Positions 8,854 through 18,022 are shown, numbered from the stretch's first letter. The stretch is 64,000 nucleotides of DNA from Dehalococcoidia bacterium (GCA_965222595.1 CBDCUJ010000001.1:235522-299521), one strand, 5' to 3'. Notes: generated from the sequence alone by a model not told the origin. Numbers and translations: made by a program.

Positions 8854-9348
8854 ATGAGACGCAGAACGAAGATGCCCGTCACCTTGGGCGCCGCGTTCCT
8901 CACGGCAATCCTCTTGCTCGCCGCGTGCCAGCAGGACCCGCCCGCGCCTGGGCAGGACCCGGCGCTGCTCCAAGGACAAAAAATCTTCGGGGCCAACTGC
9001 GCCGTCTGCCACGGGCAAGGCGGAGAGGGACAGCCCAACTGGCACGTCCGGAAATCCGACGGCACGTTGCCTCCTCCGCCTCTCAACGGGGACGGACATA
9101 CCTGGCACCATGGGGACGGGACCCTCTACACCTATGTGAGCGAGGGCGGGGCCGCCTACGAGTCCCCCAGCTATAAGAGCGGAATGCCCGCCTTCGGAGA
9201 CAACCTCTCCCACGAGCAGATAGTCGCCGTCATCAACTACCTGAAGAGCCTCTGGGGGGACAAGGTGGCGGAGGGCCTGGGGATAGTGAAGAGGGAATCG
9301 CAAGCCTCAGCCAGCGAGAACGACCCGTTCCCAACCTCCCCGCCGTAG
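8854..9348 (+). CDS. Lipoprotein-anchored c-type cytochrome
   Basis: MRRRTKMPVTLGAAFLTAILLLAAC lipobox and heme-binding CAVCHG. ATG 8854 is chosen because the upstream part of track ORF 8773 is translated repeat sequence. Confidence 0.75.
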   Translation: MRRRTKMPVTLGAAFLTAILLLAACQQDPPAPGQDPALLQGQKIFGANCAVCHGQGGEGQPNWHVRKSDGTLPPPPLNGDGHTWHHGDGTLYTYVSEGGAAYESPSYKSGMPAFGDNLSHEQIVAVINYLKSLWGDKVAEGLGIVKRESQASASENDPFPTSPP

Positions 9349-9635
9349 GGGAGAGAAACGGGCGCTGGGGTACCTCAGTTGTTCGTGTCAATTTGTACTG
9401 CGAATGCTTCGCTGGGAGGTTCTCATATAGCCTCGGTACGCCATTCCGTGATCGTGCATTCGAATATCACCGTGTCGGTTTCTCTGGGCGTAGGATTTAT
9501 CAGAGGCAGTCTTCCTCATCACTGCCTCGGACCTTCGTTTCCCTGGAGCATCTGCCGGAAAGAGACGGCAGGGGCTCAACGTGATCTGGAACAACGTCTC
9601 GACCCACTTGGGCCCGGCGATGCGGTCGTCCTTAG

Positions 9636-9765
9636 AGGGTGTGTGACAAGTCCCCTCTCCCTCTGGGAGAGGGTTAGGGTGAGGGCGTCCCGTAAGCTCT
9701 GCAGGAGCAACTAAGGCAAACTCACGCCAACTCATTGCACTCGAAAACGGTTTGTCACACACCCT
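9636..9765 (+). repeat. CTTAG-flanked stem-bounded repeat element (copy D) with hairpin+GGTTAGG core
   Basis: CTTAG (9631-9635), AGGGTGTGTGACAA, GTCCCCTCTCCCTCTGGGAGAGGGTTAGGGTGAGGGCG, ..., TTGTCACACACCCT, CTTAG (9766-9770). Confidence 0.65.
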
Positions 9766-10004
9766 CTTAGATATCCGGGCCTGACCCTGCGTCTGGTGAG
9801 CATGCCGCGAACAGCCCTGACTTCAACATCTATGAGGCTATCTGGAACTCGGTGTAGGAGGAAACGATAGGAAACAACGGCGCTGGTGCAGGATAGACGG
9901 AGCGCTTTTTTGCCAGCCTAGTCGACAGAAGAGAGGAGGTCAAACGGCGTTGCTGGACCGTCCTCCGATCTTGCATCGATTACGCACATCGTGCCGTTCA
10001 ATTT

Positions 10005-10616
10005 TCAGCCTCTGGCGAGGTCCGCAATCATTATTTTCGCTGTAGTGAGATATTCATCAACTTTGGCTACGGAATGTCTTTGGCGAGAGGTCAAGAACGC
10101 TTCTATTCTGACCCTGCTATTAGCACCGTAGACTACTCGAACCACTTCTCTGTAACCCTGTCTCGCCTGCGGACTCCTGTGTGCCAAGAAGTTCCGCACC
10201 TTTCTCATTTCACTGAGTATGTTTCCGTGGGCTTGCGCATAGACTATGAAGGGATCAGTAGAATTGAGAACTTGCGAAGTGCTATCGCGAATGTCCTTTA
10301 CGCTTGTCCATCTCAGGTAATTCTTCCTTTCTGATCGACCAAACGTGAGCATGGCGGATCTTGCGCCACCCATACTGTTGGCAGGGAAGAGCCTTGCCGG
10401 ACGAGCCCCGTTTACATAGGGGGCTCCTGCCACCAGTTTGCAAGCTATATCTTCGATCGCGCTCTCAACAATCGAGAACAGCCGCAGTATTATCAACTCG
10501 GTAATCAAGTATTGGTGCACTGGGGCCAGGGACCGGGAGTTTGCCCTAAATGTTTCAAGACGCTCGATATCAGTGGTAGTATTTCGTACAGTAACATCCA
10601 CCCGAGGTGCAGGCAT
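10005..10616 (-). CDS. HEPN-like protein (Rx4H motif), partner of the DUF262 gene
   Basis: 203 aa. C-terminal helix carries MRKVRNFLAHRS (R-x4-H HEPN signature). Its start ATG overlaps the upstream gene stop (TAATG). Looks AT-richer than the flanks by eye. Confidence 0.55.
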   Translation of the reverse strand: MPAPRVDVTVRNTTTDIERLETFRANSRSLAPVHQYLITELIILRLFSIVESAIEDIACKLVAGAPYVNGARPARLFPANSMGGARSAMLTFGRSERKNYLRWTSVKDIRDSTSQVLNSTDPFIVYAQAHGNILSEMRKVRNFLAHRSPQARQGYREVVRVVYGANSRVRIEAFLTSRQRHSVAKVDEYLTTAKIMIADLARG

Positions 10617-11611
10617 TATGTAAGGAACCTTCGTATGTAAGCATCCCTAATGGTCCGCTGCCGGATTCGTTGCGTTGTAGCGGTGGAAGCAATAACGAAC
10701 TGCTGGTCGTCATAAGTCTGATGTTCGCTATCTTGATGATATCGCGCATCGATTTCGTACAATGAATTCACGACCTTCGGGACTTCCAATTTTTTCATGG
10801 AATCCATCACCAGAAGCAGAGAGAAAAGGACAGGTTGACGGCCGAAGATAGTGTCGCGAATTACCGACGGCTCGATATCGGCAATGAAGTCAAATAGTCT
10901 GTCCATTCGCTGAGCCACTTCAGTTTGACATGGGAAGTCTTCTTCAAACTTTTTATAAATATTGCAAAGCCTCGTAGGACTGAAATCGGACAAGCCCTCA
11001 AGCAAATTCAGTGCCAAATCTGATATGAACTGCACTTCGTTCATCCTTGCGATGTCATTTGCAGTGAATATATTGTAAGTCCGCCACAGTTCCACCCTTG
11101 ACGATGCCTGCCGTAGACAGAATTGCTTGAATTCTCCGCTGAATGCCGAGTTACGTTTTTCTTGGGAATTAAGGCTTTTGCTTACAGAGTTGATCCTACC
11201 GAAAATGTCTATTACATCCGGATCCGTAGCACCCAGGAGATACCCAACCGGTATTCCGGTCAGCAAGAATGCCTCTCGCTCTGTTCTGTTCAACTGAGAG
11301 AAGGTTTGTCTGGCTCCGTTCTCCGGGTGTTTCACTGAGAACTCATTGCGGCAGAATCCGAGGATTGCCCTAATTCGCTGCTGTCCGTCGACGACTTCCC
11401 GGACGGTTTTCCCACGATCCAAGTCCAGTGAATACCTGATGTAGATGGCTGGAATGGGCTTTTGCTCAATGAGTGTATTAATCAAATACGATTTCTGAGG
11501 CGTGGTCCAAACCGAGCGCCGTTGATACCAAGGAGAGTAGTTGAGCTCCCCCGAGTTATCGAGGTTTCGGATATCCTGCACCATCAACGACTGATAATCA
11601 ACTCTGTCCAT
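10616..11611 (-). CDS. DUF262 (ParB/Srx-fold, GmrSD N-terminal-like) domain protein without a DUF1524 nuclease domain
   Basis: YSPWYQRRSVWTTPQKSYLINTLIEQKPIPAIYI and VVDGQQRIRAILGF (DGQQR motif). 331 aa. Confidence 0.8.
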   Translation of the reverse strand: MDRVDYQSLMVQDIRNLDNSGELNYSPWYQRRSVWTTPQKSYLINTLIEQKPIPAIYIRYSLDLDRGKTVREVVDGQQRIRAILGFCRNEFSVKHPENGARQTFSQLNRTEREAFLLTGIPVGYLLGATDPDVIDIFGRINSVSKSLNSQEKRNSAFSGEFKQFCLRQASSRVELWRTYNIFTANDIARMNEVQFISDLALNLLEGLSDFSPTRLCNIYKKFEEDFPCQTEVAQRMDRLFDFIADIEPSVIRDTIFGRQPVLFSLLLVMDSMKKLEVPKVVNSLYEIDARYHQDSEHQTYDDQQFVIASTATTQRIRQRTIRDAYIRRFLT

Positions 11612-11738
11612 ATCTCACCCGCATGTACCATCACTCACAAATCTGCCTTGGTTCGGTAGCATTAGCCGAAGTATATTGACCCACCCAGATTTCGCAATAG
11701 CTTGACCTAAACCAAGGTGAAACGTGCAGTTAGTCTAA

Positions 11739-11831
11739 GCCCCATTTTCTGTACCAAGTTCAGTGCGAATTGTGCGGGTCATGGTCTTGCCCCATTTTCT
11801 GTACCAAGCTTAGTGCGAGTTTTGCGGGTCA
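11739..11831 (+). repeat. Two imperfect 43-bp direct repeats with a 50-bp period
   Basis: GCCCCATTTTCTGTACCAAGTTCAGTGCGAATTGTGCGGGTCA (11739-11781) and GCCCCATTTTCTGTACCAAGCTTAGTGCGAGTTTTGCGGGTCA (11789-11831), 39/43 identical. Located between the DUF262 promoter region and the tRNA 3' end. Confidence 0.8.
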
Positions 11832-11874
11832 ATCCGCTGTTTCAGCCAATGCGCTAAGCTTCCAAAAGCAGAAG

Positions 11875-11946
11875 TGGGCCCGGCAGGGATCGAACCTGCC
11901 ACCAGCCGGTTATGAGCCGGCTGCTCTACCACTGAGCTACGGGCCC
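11875..11946 (-). tRNA. tRNA with CAT anticodon (elongator Met, or Ile2 if lysidine-modified)
   Basis: Reverse complement GGGCCCGTAGCTCAGTGGTAGAGCAGCCGGCTCATAACCGGCTGGTGGCAGGTTCGATCCCTGCCGGGCCCA folds as a cloverleaf: 7-bp acceptor stem, GCTC/GAGC D stem, GCCGG/CCGGC anticodon stem with loop CTCATAA, TTCGATC T loop. G1-C72 argues against an initiator. No encoded CCA. Confidence 0.9.
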
Positions 11947-12076
11947 GTCAGTCTAGCCTACGCCCGGTCTTTTCAGGGTGTCAAGGCAAGTGGACTGTCC
12001 GCCGGACGGGTGGGGTCTTGGCGGCATACAGTAACAGGGCCGCAGGCTTGGGCCTGGCCTTTTGCGGCGTTGCCGC

Positions 12077-13429
12077 TTACAGGCCCAAACGCTGGCGGTA
12101 GTCGGGGTCCCAGGCGGCCAGTGTGCCTCGTTCCAATGCTTCGAGTTCCGGTGCCCGGGGGGACGCTTCTCCGGTCAGCGGCACGGTGGCCACGATGGCT
12201 TCTTGGACCAGTCGCTGGTAGTCTTCCTCGTCCATCCCTAGAAGCTCTTGCAAAATCGGGCCGTTGTGCTGCCCGAAGGTGGGGCTGGGACCGTGTATCC
12301 GCAGGTTGCTTTTGGAGAATTTGTAGGGCCGGCCGATGAAGGGCCGCGAGCCCATGCCCCGCTCCGTGGGATAGTCGACACGCTCCAGGAATCCCCGGTC
12401 CCGGTAGTGGGGGTCGAAGTGTACGTCTTTGCCGGTCAGTACGGGGCCCGAAGCGATTCCCACCCCTTGAAGGGCATGCATCAGGTCGTAGCGGTCCCGC
12501 TCCGCTGTCCATGCACTGATGATGTCGTCTAGCGCGTCGTGATTGCGCCGCCGCGACGGCAGGTCGAAGAAACGGGGGTCGGCCTTCAATTCAGGCTGGC
12601 CCATTAAATCGCACAACGCCAGCCATTCCGCATCGTCGGCCACCGACAACGCAATCCACTGGTCGTCGCCCAAAGCCGGATAGCACCCTTGCGGCGCCCG
12701 GTGGGGATGGCGGTTGCCGATGCGGGCCCCTTCCCTGCCGTTGGCCACGGCGTCCACGATGTATTCGGACAGGAACATCACGCCGGCCTGGTACATGCCG
12801 ATGTCGGCCCACTGTCCCAGCCCGGTCTTGTTGCGATAGCGAAGCGCGGAGCCGATGGCGAACAGGGCGGTCCAAGTCGACAGGAAGTCTACGAAGGACG
12901 CGCCAGCCTTGGCGGGACCTCCGTCGGGGTAACCTGTGACCCAGCAATGGCCGTGGGTCCCCTCCTGTGTCGTGGCTTGGGCCGGGTAGCCCGAGTACGG
13001 TCCGCCTCCGTGGCCGTAGCCGGTGTTGGACACCATGATGATGTCGGGGTTTATCTTTCGTAGGTTGGGATAGTCCAGCCCCCAGTTGCGCATGACCCTG
13101 GGCGTGAAGTTCTCCATGACCACGTCGCTGACGCTGACCAGTTGCCGGAACAGGTCCCGCCCCCGTTCGTCGGTGAGGTCCAGGGTGAGGGACTGCTTGC
13201 CGCGGTGGATGACATTGTAGGTGGACGGGCGGTTCCACCAGTCATCCCCGGAATCGTTCTCGGGGAAAGCGCCGGAATAGCCGCCGGTGCGCGTGATGTC
13301 GGGGCGGCCCGGCCCCTCGACCTTGATAACCTCCGCGCCCATGTCGGCCAGCAAGCCGCCGGCATAGGGCAGGGCGAACACGTAGGTGGAGTCGACCACC
13401 CGTATGCCTTCCAGCGGGAGCCCAGCCAT
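12077..13429 (-). CDS. Family III CoA-transferase (CaiB/BaiF)
   Basis: LEGIRVVDSTYVFALPYAGGLLADMGAEVIKVE N-terminal signature. 450 aa. Confidence 0.85.
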   Translation of the reverse strand: MAGLPLEGIRVVDSTYVFALPYAGGLLADMGAEVIKVEGPGRPDITRTGGYSGAFPENDSGDDWWNRPSTYNVIHRGKQSLTLDLTDERGRDLFRQLVSVSDVVMENFTPRVMRNWGLDYPNLRKINPDIIMVSNTGYGHGGGPYSGYPAQATTQEGTHGHCWVTGYPDGGPAKAGASFVDFLSTWTALFAIGSALRYRNKTGLGQWADIGMYQAGVMFLSEYIVDAVANGREGARIGNRHPHRAPQGCYPALGDDQWIALSVADDAEWLALCDLMGQPELKADPRFFDLPSRRRNHDALDDIISAWTAERDRYDLMHALQGVGIASGPVLTGKDVHFDPHYRDRGFLERVDYPTERGMGSRPFIGRPYKFSKSNLRIHGPSPTFGQHNGPILQELLGMDEEDYQRLVQEAIVATVPLTGEASPRAPELEALERGTLAAWDPDYRQRLGL

Positions 13430-13547
13430 TGCTATCTTAACGCCTCCATTCAGTCTGAATCAGGATTCCCCGAACTAGGGCATTAACAAAGTTCGCAGTT
13501 CCCAATCCTGGGAATCCCAAAATCTTGATAATTCTGATTCAAACAGT

Positions 13548-14828
13548 CTATATCGCGCCGGTCTGGCGGAGCCTCACCAACTCCTGCCGGGTATAGCCCA
13601 AGCCGTCCACGTAGATTTCGTGGTTGTGTTGCCCCAGGGTAGGGGCCGGAGCGATGTAACGGTAGGGGGTCAGGCTCAGGTTGAACAACACCGCCGGGAC
13701 CTTGATCTTGCCGATCACCGGGTGGTCGACTTCCCGGTAGAAGCCCCTGGACTCCAACTGGGGGCAGTCCGCCAACTCCGAGGGGGTCTGCACCAGGCCG
13801 AACAGCATCCTTGCTTGGGCCGCCTCGGTGAACAGGTCCCACTTGCCGCGGTCTTTGATGGAGTCCAGCACTATGCGGTCCAGCTCCTCGCCGTTCTGAT
13901 TGCGCTGACCCGTCTCCGCGAACCTGGGTTCGCGCAACTCCGGCGGGCCGAAGAAGTCGGCGATAGTCTCCCAAGTGGCGCCGCCGCCGGTTTGAACGAT
14001 TATCCAACCGTCTTCGCAGGGCATGGGATGGCCGAAATTACTGCCGGTGGGCCGGCGGCGCGGTTGGGTGCCGCCCATGAACGGGTACATGGTCTGGGTG
14101 GCCATCATGGTCGAAGCCACACACTCGGTTACCGAAACGTCGATATGCTGGCCTTCGCCCGTGTTGCCAGCCATGAACAGGGCCATCGCGGTGGCCGCCG
14201 CACCGTTCAAGCCGCCTTCGTACTGGGCCTGAAATCCGCCGTGCTTCAGGGGCTCCTTGTCTTGGGAGCCGCTGATGCTCATGATCATCCCCATGGCGTA
14301 GCTGACAATCTCTTCCCCCTTGTACCCGCTGTAGGGCCCGGTCTGCCCGAAGGGGGTAATGGACGTCATAATCAATGACGGGTTCAGCGTTTCGAGACTG
14401 TCATAACCCACCCCGAGTCCGTCCAGGTAGCCAGGCCGGAAGCTCTCGACGACCACATCGACGTGCGGGACCAGCTGCTTCAGGAGGTCGCGGCCCGCGG
14501 CGTTTTCAAGGTTCAGGTTGGCGCTCTTCTTGTTCAGGTTCAGCAACAAGAAGAACAGGCTTTTTTCGGGATGAGGGTCGTCACCGAAAAAGGGGGGCGC
14601 CCGGCGCAGGGCCGAGCCTCCCACCGGTTCCAGCTTCAACACATCGGCGCCGTAGTCCGCCAAGAGACGGGCGCAGAAGGACCCGGCGATGTCTTCGCTC
14701 AGGTCCAGTACCTTGACACCGTCCAAAGGGCCTAAGGCGAGCGAGGGCGGCAGGGTTGGGGAGTCGGCCAAGTCCGTATTTACTCCAATGCGGGAATATT
14801 CGTTAAGCCTAAATGGGCCCGGCGGCAA
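13548..14828 (-). CDS. Family III CoA-transferase (CaiB/BaiF)
   Basis: LDGVKVLDLSEDIAGSFCARLLADYGADVLKLEP signature. 426 aa. Exact start uncertain. Confidence 0.8.
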   Translation of the reverse strand: MPPGPFRLNEYSRIGVNTDLADSPTLPPSLALGPLDGVKVLDLSEDIAGSFCARLLADYGADVLKLEPVGGSALRRAPPFFGDDPHPEKSLFFLLLNLNKKSANLNLENAAGRDLLKQLVPHVDVVVESFRPGYLDGLGVGYDSLETLNPSLIMTSITPFGQTGPYSGYKGEEIVSYAMGMIMSISGSQDKEPLKHGGFQAQYEGGLNGAAATAMALFMAGNTGEGQHIDVSVTECVASTMMATQTMYPFMGGTQPRRRPTGSNFGHPMPCEDGWIIVQTGGGATWETIADFFGPPELREPRFAETGQRNQNGEELDRIVLDSIKDRGKWDLFTEAAQARMLFGLVQTPSELADCPQLESRGFYREVDHPVIGKIKVPAVLFNLSLTPYRYIAPAPTLGQHNHEIYVDGLGYTRQELVRLRQTGAI

Positions 14829-14879
14829 AAATCAACCGGCGGATTTGGCCGCTGGATTTGACCAATGTCCGAAATATCG

Positions 14880-15806
14880 CTAACCGAAGTTCTGTTCCAG
14901 GGTGGAGCGGAACTGTTTTTCGGTGTAGCTGTAAACTTGGGTGCCTTGGGACTGGACGGCGTAATGGCCGCAGATATTGCCCATCTGCACCGCTCGCTCC
15001 GGGCCTCGGCCCTCGATCAATCCCTTGATGAACCCGCCACGGAAGGCGTCGCCCGCCCCCGTGGGGTCGACGACCGCTCCCGTTGGCACGCCGGGAATGG
15101 TCACGCCGCCGGCGGCGGATAGAATTTCCGCCCCGTGCTCGCCCTTGGTGACAACTACGTATTCGACGGCGCCAGCCAGTTGCTGGCGGCTAAGGCCGGT
15201 GCGGTTGCAGATCATCTCGACCTCATAGTCGTTGGCGACGAGCACATTAGACTCCTCGATGCTGCGGGCAAGATCGCCCGGCTCCCAGATGGGTAGGGAC
15301 TGGCCGGGGTCGAATATGGAAAAGATTCCCAACTTCCGGTGCCGCTCGGCGAATTCGGCCATGTCGGCAATATTGCCGGGCGCGACGATGGCGATCGCAT
15401 TTCCGGGGTCCGCGACATCGAACGTGAACCCTGCCTGGTGTTTCATCGCGCCGGGGTTGAAGCCGGTGATCTGGTTGTTGTCGACGTCGGTGGTGATGTA
15501 GGCCCCGGCCGTGAGTTCCTGATTAACGACGCGGATGTCGCCGGTGGCCACGCCGTTTTCTTCCAGCCACTGGAAGTACCGGTGATAGTCCTTCCCGATG
15601 GAGGCAACGACCCTCGGTTTCTCCCCCAGCCGCGCCAGCGAGTAGGCGATATTCCCGGCGGTGCCGCCGAAATTTTCGGTCAGGCTGTTAACCGTGAAGC
15701 TCACGTTGATCATGTGAATCTGTTCCGGCAGGATGTGTTCGGAAAACCGGCCGGGGAAGTCCATGATCCGGTCGTAGGCCAAGGAACCAGAAACCAAAAT
15801 CTCCAT
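14880..15806 (-). CDS. PfkB-family carbohydrate/nucleoside kinase
   Basis: FGGTAGNIAYSLARLG and DPTGAGDAFRGGF motifs. 308 aa. Confidence 0.8.
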   Translation of the reverse strand: MEILVSGSLAYDRIMDFPGRFSEHILPEQIHMINVSFTVNSLTENFGGTAGNIAYSLARLGEKPRVVASIGKDYHRYFQWLEENGVATGDIRVVNQELTAGAYITTDVDNNQITGFNPGAMKHQAGFTFDVADPGNAIAIVAPGNIADMAEFAERHRKLGIFSIFDPGQSLPIWEPGDLARSIEESNVLVANDYEVEMICNRTGLSRQQLAGAVEYVVVTKGEHGAEILSAAGGVTIPGVPTGAVVDPTGAGDAFRGGFIKGLIEGRGPERAVQMGNICGHYAVQSQGTQVYSYTEKQFRSTLEQNFG

Positions 15807-15871
15807 GTGAGCCGTTCCTCGCTTCTCACTCCCGGCTGCCGCCGGTGGGTGGGAGTGAATAATATCAAATG

Positions 15872-16582
15872 TCAGCAGCCGTACTCGCCGGCAATGGCGC
15901 CGCCGAACTCGACGGGGTTTCCGACCTGCATGCCGGCCGCCGCGCCGGCGTTGACTTCCAGCACATACTGGATATCAGCGCTCGGCCTATAGCGTTCCAA
16001 GTCCGAGTTCTCTGTCCCTGGGGCGGGAGGCGGAACGTTCCTTGAAAAATCGACCAGCGTGCAGTCTGCGCCGATCCACAAAATATCCAAGGGGAAATGC
16101 ATGTTCTTCATCCAAAAGACCACGCCCTTCGGCGAATCGTAGACGAACAGCATCCCGGCGCCCGGGTCCATAGAGGGCCGGTCCGAGAGTCCCTGTTGTT
16201 GTTCGTCGCTGGTGACAGCCAACTCCACCGAGAAGGTTGCGCCGCCAACCGATACCGTAGGCGCGACGGCCGCCGGCGTGGCCGATGAGCCTGGGCTTGG
16301 CGCCGTCGTAGCGGTGGCGGGGGATGCCGTACGGGTGGCGGTGGCAGGACGCGCCGTAGCAGTGGCGCGACGGGCGGTAGCAGAGGCGGCCGGGAGTGGC
16401 GAGTCTGTCGGAAGCGGCTTGGCAGTGCCGGTTGGCGATGGAGTGTCCGGAGCTGGGGTGGCCGTCTCTACGGCTGGCGTTACCGGCGTGACGGCGGCGT
16501 CTCCGCAACCCACCGCCAATAGAATGAACAGCAGGCCCAATGCCACCCAAATTGCACGCGGCGCAACCGGGCGACTTCCCAA
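15872..16582 (-). CDS. Secreted/anchored DUF192 domain protein with Pro/Thr/Ala-rich linker
   Basis: N-terminal hydrophobic segment and Cys (LLAVGC), a low-complexity PTA-rich region, then a C-terminal DUF192-like MLFVYDSPKGVVFWMKNMHFPLDILWI. Confidence 0.65.
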   Translation of the reverse strand: MGSRPVAPRAIWVALGLLFILLAVGCGDAAVTPVTPAVETATPAPDTPSPTGTAKPLPTDSPLPAASATARRATATARPATATRTASPATATTAPSPGSSATPAAVAPTVSVGGATFSVELAVTSDEQQQGLSDRPSMDPGAGMLFVYDSPKGVVFWMKNMHFPLDILWIGADCTLVDFSRNVPPPAPGTENSDLERYRPSADIQYVLEVNAGAAAGMQVGNPVEFGGAIAGEYGC

Positions 16583-16761
16583 TTCGACCTCACGATAGTT
16601 ACTTACGTTATCCCCTCCACTGCCATCGTTGCGTTCGTTTCAGCCCCCAGCAGCAGCCCAAGGAGAATGTTATCCCAGCGCCCGAAATCCGACAAGCCGA
16701 ATTGACGAAATTACAGGGCTGGAGTAGTCTGTGGGCGTCAATCCGTTGGAGGAAAACGACG

Positions 16762-17325
16762 ATGACTCAAGAAGCCCGGCCCGATACGCAGTCGGCGCTG
16801 ACCCCGGAAGTCCGGGCAATGATCGGTGTCGCCGGTGACGTGGTGGAGTCCTGGGGCACCGTCGATGAAGAGTACCTCCGGAGGTTCACCCAAGCGGTCA
16901 TGGACCCCGACCCCCGGTATTGGGACAAGGAGTTCGCCAGCAACACCCACTACGGCGGGATAATCGCGCCCCCGATAATGGTGAGCTACATGACCAGCCG
17001 CATCCGCCCCGACCAAGACGACCCCATTACCCGGGCGTTCGAGGAGAACCCGGAGTCGGACGGCATCGGCAGCGTGGAGCGGCCCGGAGCCTTGCCTCCT
17101 GTTCCCACCCACTTGGTGCGGGTGTTGAACGCCGGGAACGAGATCGAGGTCTATCAGTACCCCAGCATCGGCGATAAGATTTACTTCCAGAACCGCTATT
17201 CCGACATCCGGGAGCGCGTGGGCCGCGAGGGCAATCCGTTCCTGATCATCATGGTGGAAACCAGCTACCGCAACCAGAAAGAAGAACTGCTCTGCATCAC
17301 CCGCCAGTCGTCCATTCGCCGCTAG
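16762..17325 (+). CDS. MaoC-family dehydratase, N-terminal-type (FAS1-like) hotdog subunit
   Basis: ATG 16762 preceded by GGAGGA. EEYLRRFTQAVMDPDPRYWD...APPIMVSY pattern. The upstream part of track ORF 16540 is unlikely to be coding. Confidence 0.7.
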   Translation: MTQEARPDTQSALTPEVRAMIGVAGDVVESWGTVDEEYLRRFTQAVMDPDPRYWDKEFASNTHYGGIIAPPIMVSYMTSRIRPDQDDPITRAFEENPESDGIGSVERPGALPPVPTHLVRVLNAGNEIEVYQYPSIGDKIYFQNRYSDIRERVGREGNPFLIIMVETSYRNQKEELLCITRQSSIRR

Positions 17326-17364
17326 GGGCGATGGCAGCTCGGCCGCCATTTTCCGGCGTAGGAT

Positions 17365-17928
17365 ATGACGATGAGCGCACCGTTGGAAGAATTGCTAAAG
17401 ATGGCCCCGGAAGAGATTCTGGAGCATAATGAGAAACCGTCCGGCGACCAGCTCCGGTACAAGGAGCAAATTTACTACGACGACGTCGATGTCGGGTTGG
17501 AGTTGCCCAAGTACATCTACTCCCCCACCCCGACCCACCTCTTCCGGTGGAGCGCGGCGATCGAGAACTTCCACCGGATCCACTACGATTTGGACTTTGG
17601 GCTGAACCACGACAAGAACCCCAGCATCCTGGTCCACGGCTCTTGGAAGCAGAGCGTGGTGCCCCAGTACATCAAGGACTGGACGCTGCCCAAGGGCTGG
17701 CCTTGGAAGGCCCGCTTCGAGCACCGTGCGATGCTGGTGCCGGGCGACATCCTGATCATGTGGGGAATCGTCACCGGCAAGCACGAGAAGGGCGGCATGG
17801 GCTTCGTGGACTTGGACATCGGCATGAAGACCCAGGACGGCATCGAGAGCATGCCGGGCACGGCCACGGTCGTCCTGCCGCTCCGGGGCGGACCCGACAT
17901 TCCCTACCCCTTCGTGCCTCCCGCCTAG
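17365..17928 (+). CDS. MaoC-like acyl dehydratase (hotdog fold) subunit
   Basis: FRWSAAIENFHRIHYDLDFG (HxxxxD hydratase motif context). Adjacent to the N-type subunit. Confidence 0.7.
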   Translation: MTMSAPLEELLKMAPEEILEHNEKPSGDQLRYKEQIYYDDVDVGLELPKYIYSPTPTHLFRWSAAIENFHRIHYDLDFGLNHDKNPSILVHGSWKQSVVPQYIKDWTLPKGWPWKARFEHRAMLVPGDILIMWGIVTGKHEKGGMGFVDLDIGMKTQDGIESMPGTATVVLPLRGGPDIPYPFVPPA

Positions 17929-18022
17929 TGGTCAGTGGATAGTCGCCGACCCTGGCGCCAGCCAACTGACCATCAACCACTATTCATCAGCCACTGACCA
18001 CCAGCCGCCAAAAGGAGATGGC

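Noticed and set aside
9607-9618. Partial copy of the tRNA 3' end (TGGGCCCGGC) as the distal att site of an integrated island at 9.6-11.9 kb.
   Set aside because: Only about 10 bp match, and no integrase gene is present. In GC-rich DNA this could be chance. The islet idea rests on composition and gene content only.
9881-9912. Possible plus-strand intrinsic terminator (GCGCT...AGCGC followed by TTTTTT).
   Set aside because: The stem is only 5 bp with a 16-nt loop, and there is no upstream plus-strand gene needing termination.
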